64,000 bases of DNA from Haliotis cracherodii (taxonomy: Eukaryota). The position numbers and the translations under genes are program-made. The notes under the pieces were generated by a model. That model made no database searches. It had not been told where the DNA came from and worked only from the letters and a program-made list of their open reading frames with translations. The stretch spans positions 6,696,001 through 6,760,000 of the forward strand of contig NW_027266266.1 of NCBI RefSeq assembly GCF_022045235.1, read 5' to 3'. Positions 24,601-35,956 of the stretch are shown in pieces; the stretch's first letter is position 1, and each line of letters starts with the position of its first letter.

Positions 24601-26813
24601 CAACCTCTTTAGTGCGGACACCCTTTGTCCAGAAAGCCACCTTTAGGAGATTACTTCTTGGAAGGTTGGCTTATATATGAAAGGAACATCTCACATACCT
24701 CACCAGTTAATCTGGACATTTATTAATCCGAACCATCTCAATAGACATGCTACGGTCCCGACTGACAGGGTTTAACTGTGCGTTGTATATACTAATGAGT
24801 GAGTGAGTGAATTTGGTTAAAAGGAGCTTTTGAGCAGTATTCCGGTTATATCACGTGGTGTCAGCTAAATGTGGGAGGAAAGTCTTAGACGTTTACCCCT
24901 TTGGTGACCTCTATGAGCACGGGTATATTGTGCTCAAAAACTAAAAACATAATCAAAGCGGACCGGGATTCGAACCCACTATCATTGGCGTTTGCGGCAT
25001 GCTTGAGGGACGCATCTCTGCACAGCGATTTGCGCCGCCTAAGACAAAGGGGTCAAATTAGTTGTTTACAAATACATTTGACAAAATCAGTTGTATGGGA
25101 TCGCTTAGAAAGATATATTAATACAAAATAACCACATCGTAAATCGTGCATTACATTTTATTTAAAGAGCCATTTGCATGGTCCATTTTTTAGTACATGG
25201 TGCAATAATTCTGTCGTACATGTTCATATGACTTAAATATAATAGTTGTATGATATTTCTCATTATTTATAAATCCAGATTTGAAAGAATAATAATGATA
25301 ATATCAGTAAATAATGTAACCCCAATATCATGGTTCAGTCGGTACCCTTTACCGTTTTTATAATCAATATTCGTATTATTTATTTGACAAAAAACGAATC
25401 CCAACCGTGGGAGTTAAAAAAATGGATTAATTTGTTCCAGAAACAAACTCGAAAAGATTAAGCTGTCCGCGTGTTTGAAATGTAAATTTGGGGCAAATGA
25501 AGCAAATTTATTGATTTTCAAAGATCAGATTCTAAGATACCCACCAGCAGTTGTGTATTATGCGATTTATAGTTATTTTAATTGTTGAAAGTTTTTAAAG
25601 CAAATTAAATATTTATACCATGTAGAAGTATTCTTTGAGTGTTGAGAAAAGGCAAGTACAGTTCATTTTTATATAATCTCTCTAACTAACGATATTTTCA
25701 TTTGAAAATGAAACATATGATAAAATCAACTGAGAGGTATAGTTTCTTTTGCATTACAGTAACTTATGTCATGAATGAGGATAAATTTTGTATGTACATT
25801 TGATTGTTCCAGCCCAGTGAGTGAGAGTGATTTTACGCCGCTTTTAGCAATATTCCAGCAATATCACGGCGGGGACACCAGAAATGGTCTTCACACATTG
25901 TACCAATGTCGGGAATCGAACCCGGCGTGACGAGCGAACCACCGTAAAAAACTGGTTTAAAATTGGTCTGCAGCCACCCATGCTTGTCCTAAGAGGCGAC
26001 TAACGGGATCGGGTGGTCAGACTCGCTGACTTGGTTGATGCATGTCATCGCATCCCATGTGCTTAGATCGATGCTCATGATGTCAATCACTGCATTGTCT
26101 GGTCTGTTATTTACAGAACGCATAATTAAGTTGGAATATTGCTCAGTGCTGCGCTAAACAACAAACAAACAATCGAAATAATTCTTCAATGTGCCGTATC
26201 ACAAGGGATCAAGCCTACTTCAGCCGTAAGTTAATGGTAATTAACAACAAGTACACGCTTTGCCCCTATACAACGATACTGTTACACGGATTGTACCCAA
26301 GAATTAATAAAAAAAAAACCGTGGGGGAGTTTTACCCAAGAATTAATAACGACAAACGGGCGGTCGGGTAGCCTAGTGGTTAAGGCATTCGCTCGTCATG
26401 CCGAAGACCAGAGTTCGATTCCCGACATGGGTACAATGTGTGGAGCCCATTTCTGGAGTCCCCCGTCGTGATATTGCTGGAATATTGCTAAAAGCGGCGT
26501 AAAACCATATTTACTCTCACTCAATAAAGACAAACGGTATACTCACGAACGGGTTGCTACCATCCAGGGTCTCAGACAGTCCCTTGCATCGAGCGAGTTT
26601 GGCTGCCGATACTTCAGCGAGACTGACTTTGGCGTATGCCCCTTCCCCCAAAGTCTTACCGAGTAGTCTGTACCCCCTGCCCAGACACTCTGTCTTTACA
26701 ATCTCACTCTCGGTTTCGGACTTACACGCGAAGAGTTTTCCTTTCTTACCCCCCTCGGCCGCTGGTACATTAACCCTGCGATTGTAAGGTAGCTTAATCG
26801 TATCCGTTGCCAT
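6478..26813 (-). CDS. TSSK5: Testis-specific serine/threonine kinase, TSSK5-like; 12 coding exons, ~686 aa
   Basis: Exons 26547-26813, 24472-24579, 23464-23663, 20128-20183, 19288-19420, 18654-18772, 16426-16559, 15053-15254, 11194-11435, 9651-9905, 8181-8317 and 6478-6685 join in frame (2061 nt) with GT..AG introns. Motifs: [39 protein letters not shown]. The insert between the Gly loop and VAIK, plus the multi-exon structure, resemble TSSK5. AATAAA (minus strand) at 6413-6418. Confidence 0.85.
7601..7775. mobile_element. Tc1/mariner (pogo/Tigger-type) MITE
   Basis: TA|CAGTAAACTAC...GTAGTTTACTG|TA; second copy at 33793-33973. Confidence 0.8.
8181..8317 (-). CDS. TSSK-like exon 11
   Basis: ctctttccag|[16 protein letters not shown]...PAYLN(E)|gtatgt. 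Confidence 0.7.
9651..9905 (-). CDS. TSSK-like exon 10
   Basis: ttccacag|[10 protein letters not shown]...ATPEVEA|gtgagt, 255 nt, phase 0/0. Confidence 0.7.
10783..11139 (-). mobile_element. SINE family D (tRNA head, (CACCT)n tail, ~355 bp)
   Basis: TGGTAGAGCG...GGTTCGATCCC head; TSD ACCTCTAGAGTGA at 10775-10787 and 11140-11152. Copies at 9219-9557, 32813-33147 (TSD GATTATCGATAAGA), 37540-37893, 42992-43486, 49808-50148. Confidence 0.85.
11194..11435 (-). CDS. TSSK-like exon 9 (basic tail)
   Basis: Open frame ...[16 protein letters not shown]...PLWYVYK|gtgagc. The acceptor is a weaker tttaag, so the 5' boundary is less certain. Confidence 0.6.
12150..12246. mobile_element. PIF/Harbinger-type MITE
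   Basis: TIR GGCCCACTTGCACAAA with CTG TSD; a related copy at ~14381-14490 is nested in another MITE. Confidence 0.7.
12889..14882. mobile_element. Putative DNA transposon with CATCTTCCCGAGGCAAGGGA termini
   Basis: Left end at 12889, inverted degenerate end at 14810-14882. Left ~380 bp repeated at ~15588-15966; 85 bp mini-version at 4827-4911; ends also at ~34245-34370 and ~44090. Confidence 0.5.
15053..15254 (-). CDS. TSSK-like exon 8 (C-terminal tail)
   Basis: tttcag|[13 protein letters not shown]...SRGKNQ|gtaagt, phase 0 to 1. Confidence 0.75.
16426..16559 (-). CDS. TSSK-like exon 7 (end of kinase domain)
   Basis: tag|(D)[28 protein letters not shown]...KWI|gtgagt. Confidence 0.9.
17347..17627 (-). 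mobile_element. SINE family A full copy with TSD
   Basis: TSD GTATCAACTGA at 17338-17348 and 17628-17638. Confidence 0.85.
17683..17838. mobile_element. Tc1-like MITE (TACTACTCAAAAGAAGTTAAGGA termini)
   Basis: Inverted ends; copies at ~35972-36263 and ~44638-45083, each with a nested SINE. Confidence 0.6.
18654..18772 (-). CDS. TSSK-like exon 6
   Basis: cag|[39 protein letters not shown]|gtgagt. Confidence 0.9.
19288..19420 (-). CDS. TSSK-like exon 5 (activation segment)
   Basis: tag|(D)[43 protein letters not shown](L)|gtgagt. Confidence 0.92.
20128..20183 (-). CDS. TSSK-like exon 4 (catalytic loop)
   Basis: cag|(R)[18 protein letters not shown](D)|gtaagc; too short for the ORF track. 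Confidence 0.92.
20419..23490 (-). repeat. 53 bp tandem array (~58 units) derived from the exon-3 3' end plus 5' splice donor
   Basis: Sense-strand unit TAACACCTGCACAACAACGCCATCGTGCACAG|GTAGGTGGATTTCACTCACAG; the unit nearest the exon is the real exon/intron junction at 23464/23463. Confidence 0.95.
23464..23663 (-). CDS. TSSK-like exon 3
   Basis: cag|VQVFENF...[12 protein letters not shown]...[10 protein letters not shown](R)|gtaggt, phase 2. Confidence 0.92.
24472..24579 (-). CDS. TSSK-like exon 2
   Basis: cag|[36 protein letters not shown]|gtgagt. Confidence 0.92.
26547..26813 (-). CDS. TSSK-like exon 1 (ATG, Gly-rich loop)
   Basis: MATDTIK...[17 protein letters not shown]...GSNPF, then GTGAGT donor, phase 0. 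Confidence 0.9.
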
Positions 26814-26910
26814 TTGCAGGTGTTTTTTTCTATCTGTCCGTTCTTTGCGCAGTTACATCGCCACGTCTTCTCGCTATCCAGCCATGGCGATGACTGCGCT
26901 CTGTGGCTTA

Positions 26911-26935
26911 TGACGTCATGGTGTTTGTGACGTCA
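26911..26935. promoter_or_regulatory. Two perfect CRE palindromes (TGACGTCA) ~100 bp upstream of the kinase ATG
   Basis: TGACGTCA at 26911-26918 and 26928-26935. Confidence 0.65.
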
Positions 26936-29129
26936 CGGCTTTGTGACTTTAAACAGTAATGGCACTTCGAGAAGCGCCCCAATTCCACGTTCGGCTATTT
27001 CCGTCGATCCGGGGAAAAAGTCACTGGTTATGCCAGCGCCCTCTGTTAGCGCTACGACCACCTTCACTGGCACCAACCCCTGGATGCCACGGGGACATAT
27101 ATGTCCCTCCTTTTAACCCCAAATTGAACACAAATAAAATTCAAACTGCATCACTCACAGACATACTCTTCAGGTTGTGAACCCTGCCGGAAATTCTCTA
27201 TTTTGAGACATATTCCGCTGACATTTTAGGCAAACAAAAATTACTGAAAACTGAAAATTAGTAACATCGTAAATCTCGGCATTTTTTACATATTACCAAA
27301 TCACCATTCACGGCGTTATTCGCGTATGTTTTGAAATATGAATATCGGCTATTTACCCAGAGATTTTAATTACCAAAAATGCTTGTATGTGATAACGGGC
27401 ATCTGTTTTCTAATCACATCATCGATGATCATTCTGAATCGTCGCCGATAAGCCTTAATCGTTTAGAAGTTGGTTTTTTTTTAAAAATACGCAAATACGA
27501 ACGCCGAAGTGGATAGTGTTTACAAAATCACGTTTGATTGAAGAGTAAACAAAGCAAAATTCAGATTTTACTCTGTGTAGCATTTTCTCCTTTTTTGAGG
27601 GATTTATTCGGTTGATTGCTTGTCAACGTATCCCGCTGTTTCTCATTATATCAATCACTGCATTGTCTGGCCCAGATTTGCTTATTTACGGACGTAAAAT
27701 GGCTGGTATATAGCTGGGTGCGGCATTAAACAACAAACTAACATACAAATATAGATCAACTGTTGATATATCTTCACTCAGGGACTACATCTATATATAA
27801 AGGTTCTATGCGAAGACTAAAAACATCTCTTATTCTTTCCGATTGTTTGGTTCAGGATATTTTTCAAAAGATAAATTGAAAAATAATTTAAACCCTTTCT
27901 TAAAGTCACCTTGTACAAGTATTGACGGCCGGTGGATAGAGTAAAGCGAAAGTAAAATGAGAAAAAAATGTTTTTGAGAATTACAAGTCAATTACAATGA
28001 TAATTTCATCCCCATATTTGCCTACGTTGAGCCATTTTCTCATTGCTGAAGGGCGGCAAAGGGAGAAGAAGGGAGAAGAGTGGAAAATTGTCCCAAACCA
28101 TCACAAGGATTTCGTTTATTTGTATATTGAAACACTGAAATGCAAATGAAATGTTCCTCAGGTCCTGAGATTGTCGCTTCATATCGTGTAGTACTTTGGG
28201 GGCGGTGGGGTAGCTGAGTGGTTAAAGCGTTCGCTCGTCACGTCGAAGACCCGGGTTCGATGCCCCACATGGGTATACAACGTGTGAAGCCCATTTCTGG
28301 TGTCCCCGCCGTGAAATTGCTGGAATATTGCTAAAAGCGGCGTACTTTGCAACGGATTTTACTCGTGTAATATTATGGATATGTCGGTTGACATCAGTCT
28401 TTTGATAGGTTTCAATTATTGGGGAATTCATGAAATAATTAGCGCGACACCCTCTTCTTGAGCTCAGCTGGGTATATCTGTTACAAATCAACAGTATATT
28501 GAGTTAATCTGTCACATTATCAAGGCGTTTAGCATGACAAACTACAAAGACGTTCGTCATATGGAGACTTCGTATCGCGACCATAACTGCAAATCTGAAG
28601 ATCTTACACCGAAACATGGTTAATATTTTCCGTTGTAGAGGAAAAGGTCACAGGTTAAATATATTTCCACATTTAGTAAAGATTTAAACTGAGAATAGTA
28701 CCTATAATTAGTCGAAGCGTCGAGGGAGGGATACTTGACGGTCGTTTGTCATTATTTTGTCAATGTGGTACTATCGTTTTGTTTGTTTGTTTGTTCGTTG
28801 TTGAACGCCACACTCAGCAATATTCCAGATATATCAGGGCGGTCTGTAAATGGTCGGGTCTGAACCAGACAATCCAGTGATTGATATCATAGGCATCGAT
28901 CCACGCAATAGAGATACGATGACATGCATCAACCATGTCAGCGAAACTGACCTCCACATCCCGTTAGTCGTCTCTTACGACAAGCATAGTCGCCTTGTAC
29001 GGCAAGTATGGGTTGATGAAGACCTATTCTATCCCGGATCACGGGTCAAGGAAGTCATCAGTTTGTGGGCCAGACACTTACAAGGCCCTCGCAGCGATAT
29101 CCCATCCGCGGAGCTCTCTATGCTATCGC

Positions 29130-29984
29130 ATTCGTGACCAACTCGTGTTATTCCGGGACAAGCCGAATAGCAACTCGTGCCCCTCTTATGACCATTTTAG
29201 CGACTAGGTTCCGTCTTAGCGCAAACGGGCATACCTTAAACAATTGTCAACTCGTTGCGTAATGGTTCACATATATTTCCCCATATAATATATATTTTAC
29301 TGATGCAATTTAAAGGACATCGGGACGTGCGGAATTATACAGTATGATTAAACACATTTAACTGTGTCTTGGGTATCTTTTTAAATGCAAGACATATGTA
29401 AAATCAAGAATTATTTCTGAGGGATTATTTGACAAAGAACTTGAAATCATACGCGCATTCTGATTGGTTTGTCGTATTTTCGCACATAACATTCATCGAG
29501 AGGGGGACGAGTCTTCTTGCAGGTTACGGAAAGGGGCGAGTGGTGACGAATGTATGCTATCGCTGCCACCAGTCAAAACTCCCCACTGTGATAGGTGGCC
29601 ACAACCATGCTTGGAGTTGAACTCGCAGCCATACTGGCCGTTATGTTTTCAAACAAGTGATGGCTGCCAAGACGTCGAATACTCTAACCTCTGCTAAATT
29701 ATTTTCGTTGTTTGTCAATTTGAATTTCTATTTCATTTCAACTATCATGTAATTGGTATGGTAAGAATGTAAAGGGGAAGTTGATTGATTTTCCGTTCGT
29801 CTGCAATCTCGAATCAATCTGATGAAACAAACAAAAAGGTAAATTCATCTGGGTAAACTGGTCAGTCGTAAACATTTTTAAAATTCACTATGATGGCATT
29901 CCCAAAGACATGAACAGAACTATAATATGACTACATTTGGGGTTAGACGGCCAATTCTTGTAATGGCCGCGCCCACACTGACGG

Positions 29985-29987
<3 letters not shown>
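29130..29987. repeat. Dispersed repeat family (probable non-autonomous DNA element)
   Basis: Segments recur at ~12395-12832, ~39690-40055 and, inverted, at ~42330-42640. Confidence 0.6.

Positions 29988-30069
<82 letters not shown>
29988..30069. repeat. (TA)n microsatellite
   Basis: Direct observation. Confidence 0.95.
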
Positions 30070-30071
<2 letters not shown>

Positions 30072-31388
30072 TATTGCAATGTAAATACTGTGTATATTCA
30101 TTGTATACAACCCTCAAACGTAAAAACCAGAGGCACTTCCGGTTTATGGCGAGATTCTTGGAAAATAGAACAAAACACAGCCGGCGTCACTCTCGTAAGA
30201 TCTCGCGTAACTTTGAAATTCGTGATCGATCTCTAGGCATTCTGTGATTGATCGATAATTCACTTGAGGGACAGGTATGCCATGACCTATTTAACAGAGA
30301 GATGCCAGCTCGCACCCGGAAGGTCGACAGACGGATTTTATTTATTTAAACGTCGGTAAATTTAAATTATTTAAAGTAAAGAAGATAAAGCGAGAGAGAC
30401 ATTCCCAGGGGTGTGGCAGCACTTTCCTTCCATAACATCATCGTCACAGGTTATCTGTTCCGGTCAAATATCTAACCCTTCATAGAAAATATCAAAAACA
30501 TCAACAAACAAACAAAGCACTAAATAGAAAAGATATAAATAACAGCCACACCAACAAATATTAAACCTTCCAAAGTAAATAATTAGATAAATAACAAAGC
30601 AAAAGCTAACATAAAAATAAATATAAACGCATATGAAAAACAAAAATTGTTGCAAGCTTCGACGTTCATACAGTTTGGCCCTGGATCTGAGAAGGTTAAG
30701 GGGCGGTCGGGTAACCTAGTTGTTAAAGCGTTCGCTCGACACGTCGAAGACCCGGGTTCGATTCTCGACATGGGTACAGTCTGTGAAGCCAATTTCTGGT
30801 GTCCCCCGCCGTGATATTGCTAAAAGCGGCGTAAAACCATACTCACTCACCCACTGACTGTGAAGGTTAATCCTCCAGTGAAATCAAAGAACGTGAAAGT
30901 CAAATATCAAATGTCCGCATGCAACAATCTCTGGACGGGGGAGCCAGACAGTTTGGGGGAACTCGGAAGATCCAGTGTGTTGTATGCCAGATGTTTTATT
31001 TTGCTTATTTTTTTGCTGTATTCCTGGAAACAGATTATTATTTTCAACACCACTTCATTAAAATTTGACGTATATGTTTTAACTTCCAATATCTTTGCTT
31101 CAATCGCCTCTCAAAGTCTTAGTATACTTTCTTTTGGACGTCAGTTTTTATAAAGGATTTATAACATACACAATTATTTATTTTAAATGTTGAATCTGCA
31201 TACCAAATACTATTTTATTTGCCTAAAACTCCGTTCTCGCAGCCTCAAGGTAGCTTGGTGTTCAGTGACAGGGCTAATCTATTCATTCGATAATACCCGA
31301 GAAGGCAAGGGGGTGTATACCTTAAATTGGGTTTAAAAACAATGAATCCTCATCCTTGAAAACACTCAAATCAACCCTAAAAATGAGA

Positions 31389-31650
31389 CCCGTGAAGATT
31401 CCGGGGTAGAATAGGTCTTCAGCAGCCCATGCTCGCTGTAAAAGGTGACTATGCTTGTCGTAAAAGGCGACTAACGGGATCGGGTGGTCAGGCTCGCTGA
31501 CTTGGTTGATGCATGTCATCGATCCCAATTGCGTGGATGGATGCTCATGATATTAATCACTGGATTGTCTGGTCCAGCCTCGATTATTTACAGACCGCCG
31601 TTATATAGCTGGAATATTGCTGAGTGCGGCGTTAAACAACAAACCATCAA
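31389..31650 (+). mobile_element. Short retroposon family C (no tRNA head, (AAAC)n tail, ~260 bp)
   Basis: CCCGTGAAGAT...GCTTGTCGTAAGAGGCGACTAA...GCTGAGTGCGGCGTTAAAC. About 20 or more copies or fragments, e.g. 8369-8591, 8898-9141, 28777-29046, 40607-40850, 45568-45833, 57064-57340. Confidence 0.8.
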
Positions 31651-31741
31651 ACCAACCCTAAAAATGAACTCTTCCAAAACATTTCGAGACACAACTGTTT
31701 CCCTTTCAGAATATAAGGTCCTGTACATGACAAAGTAGTGA

Positions 31742-31906
31742 GGGGCGGTCGGATAGCCTAGTGGTTAAAGCGTTCGCTCGTCACGCCGAAGACCCGGGTT
31801 CGATTCCCAACATGGGTACAATGTGTGAAGCCAATTTCTGGTGTCCCCCGCCGTGATATTGCTGGAATATTGCTAAAAGCGGCGTAAAATCAAATTCACT
31901 CACTCA
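31742..31906 (+). mobile_element. SINE family B (tRNA-Asp-like head, ~165 bp)
   Basis: TAGCCTAGTGGTTAA...GTCACG...GGTTCGATTCCC; TSD AGTAGTGA. Copies at ~7954-8121, 16203-16361, 16643-16809, 26358-26522, 28198-28343, 30700-30850, 36057-36216, 41387-41548, 41594-41761, 48212-48363, 54775-54936. Confidence 0.85.
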
Positions 31907-33318
31907 CAGTAGTGACGTCCTGAACGGTAGGCCGTCTTGTCGGCTCGGTTACATTAGGTCAATCCCCCGATACATTGATGTTGAACCGGTGTTTCTCATG
32001 CACCAACTGTTGATTGTAAGTATGCATACGTTATTCATTCTGTACTTTTGAAAAAGAAAAGATTGAGTAAGATCGTGGAGATTTTTTCCAATCATATTGA
32101 TTGTCAATAAAGTATTGATGAAGAAACAATAGCCCCAGTCAATTGAAGCGTGATGTCTGCGTGTGGCAGGGTTCAATGTTGGGTAGGCCATCAATAATTG
32201 ATGTAAGACTCCGACCTGCGTTGTTAATTAACATACCGGAAGTCAATATCCCCAACGCTAACTGACAGCTCACAGGACCGTGGAGGCCGTTTGGGTGAGT
32301 AGTTGAGTTGTTGAGTTGTTGAGTAGCTGAGATGTTGAGTAGTTGAGTTGTTGACTTGTTGATTTCTACTACATGTTTGTCGCTACCAGATCCACCTCTA
32401 AGTTATGTAAACAACACTACGACCGACGACCGACCAGACGCGCTGGGAACCCCTCTTCTTCAGCGTATGTCCAGAAGAAATTGACGTCATAATTAATTAA
32501 CCCGTACAGTTGTGATAACAACCCAATTATTGCACAGAATCAATCTTCGGTGTATCCTGGTTATGTCTTGTCTCCCTCTGCCTCTGTTCTCTCACTGTAT
32601 GTCTGTGTGCGCGTGTAAGTAAACGCCGCCCCCTCTCAAAGATCTTGTACTCAAATAGTCTTTGTTGAATGTGGAACCGCACGAAGCCCGCAGATGACAC
32701 GAGCGTCTGATCATCAAGTGACGGACGATGGACGTGCTCAGTACCGTATTACCCTCTGGTGATTACGGGACAGAATGTTACCTCAGTGTATGACATAATG
32801 GATTATCGATAAGAGGTGAGGTGAAATTTGGTTTAACGTTGCGTCCAAGATTATTGCACTTATATTGCGTGTTTGCGTGGCTGCTTGTACTAGTCCGGAC
32901 TGATGCCGATTTATAGTGCTAGCTCACTGAGATACCATGCCGCAGTTTAACATGAATACCCCACTCAGACGCAGTATACTGACTCCGAGCCGACCAGTCC
33001 TTGTTTTAGCCCCTTTATGCCGAGCGCCAGACAGTGTAACAACAAGTACCATCTTTTAACGTCTTTTGGTATGACGCGGCCGGGGATCGAACCCCGGACC
33101 TTCAGCTCTCCGGGCGGACGCTCTACCTCAAGAACACGGAGGCGGCCGATTATCGATAAGATAAACCAATCTGATTAACGTGGTGTCCCGATCTGATAAA
33201 TATGCAAATGAGATAATCTCGCAGGAAGATCAATACATACAAGGAATGCCAACTTGCTCACTATCCTATGCTCAGTGTTCACCAAAGATTATCTCGGCTT
33301 CCTGATTTGTGAATCCTT

Positions 33319-33599
33319 GTGAGTGAGTGAGTTGGGTTTAACGCCGCTTTTAACAGTATTCCAGTTATTTCACGGCGTGTCAGCTAAATGTGGGAGAAAA
33401 GCCCGAAGTGATGCAGGTCTCGGACGTTTACCTCTTCGGTGAAACCCACGAGCACGGGTATGGTGCTGACAAACCTAGAAACACAATCGGGGGCGAACCG
33501 GGATTCGAACCCACAATCATAGGTTTCTGGCGTGCCCAAGGGACACAGCTCTGCACAGCGAATCGCGGCGCCTTAGACGACTGGGCCGCCCGTGCCCCC
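33319..33599 (-). mobile_element. SINE family A full copy with TSD
   Basis: TSD TGAATCCTTGTGA on both flanks. Confidence 0.85.
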
Positions 33600-34960
33600 T
33601 GAATCCTTGTGAAACAAACATGGCTGCAAGGCGTTGGCACTTATGTAAGATTATACATGGGGATATTCACTCGGTCACTGTATTCCAACGCTGTATCTCA
33701 AGTTACTTAAGTGAATGAAAATATGTCTTAAAAGTATCATAAGAATGACATTGCATGTTAAAGTGTTTATTACCCTTGCGGATTAGTACATACAGTAAAC
33801 TACGTTTATAACAAACACGCTTATAACGAACTACCGCGGCCGATACAACGAACTTATTTTTTAGTCCGACCCATTTGTTGTATACATGCTGTATATATGC
33901 TCATAACGAACTACGGTTATTACGAACTAAAATTGGTGGTCCCTTTTGAGTTCGCTATAACCGTAGTTTACTGTTCTAGTATTTTAAGAATAAAAAGTAC
34001 GCATTATGCTCGAAACAGGCCCGCATACTACAATTGTATTGTTAATATATGATACATGTATTTACGATAAGAAACACACTCATCTATTAATCTCTTTATC
34101 GTTTAAAGTGATGTTTTTCGACATATTCACTGGCCGACAAACGGTCACGTGTCATTCGACAAAAACGCATGCCAGGAGTGATATGTTATCACTTCGATCG
34201 ATCGAGCTCAGAAATTCCAGCCTGGTTCGGCAAGGGTGGAAACTGGACTTTAACAGTCAGTTAACTCCCTTGCCTCGAGAAGATGGAGTGGCGTACATTT
34301 TGTTTGGTAAAAATATGTTTGACAAATTGGACTTTTAAAGTCAGTTGACTCCCTTGCCTCGAGAAGATGGAGTGGCGTACATTTTGTTTGGTAAAAATAT
34401 GTTTGACAAATATATATATTTTTTCATTTATTATGTATTTTCTTTCGAGCTTCACGATCTGTCTGAAAACCGTAGCGTCACTTCCGTGAATTTCCCAATT
34501 CCTAAAATAAGACTGGAAGAAGCTACGACAGATAGTGTTATTGCACTTGAGTGAGAGATAAATTTCTTATTTTGTTACAGTATCTCATCACCAAATACAT
34601 ATTAGTTGAATAAGACTGTTTATGTTCATAGATGGATTGAGAACGTCACCAGCGACAGTCAGTCTCCGGCGACGTCAGCACAGCTTCGTAGGAAACGCCC
34701 ACGGGTGTGCATGATGCCATGGTCTTACCACGCCCGGGGAGAGTCAGCGCATATATAGAGAGTCAGTATAATCCTGTTCTCATGAAGAGCCACTGTTAGT
34801 GCAAGTTAATGTTTGTCAGAGAAACATTTGTTCCAAAAGCCCAGATAAACAGACTAGGTCTTCGGTCTTCAAGATTTAAACACATTTGAATGGACAGAAT
34901 CAAAGAAAAATTATTACCTGTGGGAAAAAACCCAAAAGGACCTTGCTATCAACACCACTG

Positions 34961-35956
34961 ATGATGACGGTTTTTACGTCAACCATTCTCAGAAGCCTGT
35001 TCGTGGTGTCGAAGTCGAGACGCTTATCCAAGACGTGTCACAAATCGGTGTGTTTGGGCGCTGCGGTCGTGTTTCTGGCGTCAGTTGTTTGTTCCGTGTT
35101 GATATGGCGCTACGTATCGTGTCCACCTGCTGTGTACGTGGACGAACTGTTGTCACAGAGGCTGTACGTGACAGTGACACCTGGTGGCAGAACGGGAAAC
35201 CATCTCTTCAAGTATGCCTCATTGTTAGGAATTGCGGAGCGAACGCGCCGTACACCGTTCATACCACCCTCCTATCCCCTCTTGGAGCTGTTTGAACTCA
35301 CCTACGTCCAAGAGGTGGATTCGAGATGTTGGCCCTTCGTGAAGGAAAAGTCTGCTGGAATTTATGACGGTAGTTTTTACACCCTACCTTTAACGAATGC
35401 GACACTTTTTGAATTTTTGCAATCATGGAAATATTTTAAAGCAGTTGAATCTCAACTTAGGGCTGAATTTCGTTTCCGGGCCTACATTGCTAAACAAGCA
35501 AAAGGTCTTTTCAAACGCTATGTGGAATCCGTGACGGATGTGAATCGTCACGTGGTTGGTGTACATATTCGTCACGGTGACTACATGTACAATCGGTTTA
35601 AGAAGCTTGGATACGCGGTGCCGTCTCTTCAGTACTACAAGAGAGCAATGGACTACATGAAGAGAAAACTCGGTAACGTGACGTTCCTTGTTGTTGGGGA
35701 TGATCTCCCTTGGGCCAAGGTCAACCTGCAGGGCCCGGATGTAGTTATATCTGAGCCGCACCCCGCGGGCATCCACCTGGCCCTTCTATCTCGTTGTGGT
35801 CACATGATCCAGTCTACCGGAACCTTCAGTTGGTGGGCGGGGTGGTTTGTTTCAGGTCACGTGGTGTATTTCAAGGACTACCCAGAACGAGGCTCATGGC
35901 TGGACGGCCGGGTGGTGAAGAATGACTACTACCTGCCTCACTGGGTGGCGTTGTGA
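34961..35956 (+). CDS. Galactoside alpha-1,2-fucosyltransferase (GT11, FUT1/FUT2-like), type II membrane protein, ~331 aa
   Basis: Uninterrupted ORF, first ATG at 34961. N-terminal TM segment VCLGAAVVFLASVVCSVLIW. GT11 motifs GRTGNHLFKYASL, VGVHIRHGDY, STGTFSWWAG. C-terminal YYLPHWVAL. Confidence 0.93.
   Translation: MMTVFTSTILRSLFVVSKSRRLSKTCHKSVCLGAAVVFLASVVCSVLIWRYVSCPPAVYVDELLSQRLYVTVTPGGRTGNHLFKYASLLGIAERTRRTPFIPPSYPLLELFELTYVQEVDSRCWPFVKEKSAGIYDGSFYTLPLTNATLFEFLQSWKYFKAVESQLRAEFRFRAYIAKQAKGLFKRYVESVTDVNRHVVGVHIRHGDYMYNRFKKLGYAVPSLQYYKRAMDYMKRKLGNVTFLVVGDDLPWAKVNLQGPDVVISEPHPAGIHLALLSRCGHMIQSTGTFSWWAGWFVSGHVVYFKDYPERGSWLDGRVVKNDYYLPHWVAL

Noticed and set aside
31742-31815. tRNA-Asp and tRNA-Leu-like sequences as real tRNA genes
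   Set aside because: They continue into SINE bodies and tails, have TSDs and imperfect acceptor stems, and occur as many diverged copies.
34886-34960. N-terminal extension of the fucosyltransferase ORF
   Set aside because: The ORF-track start is TTG; the first ATG is at 34961.
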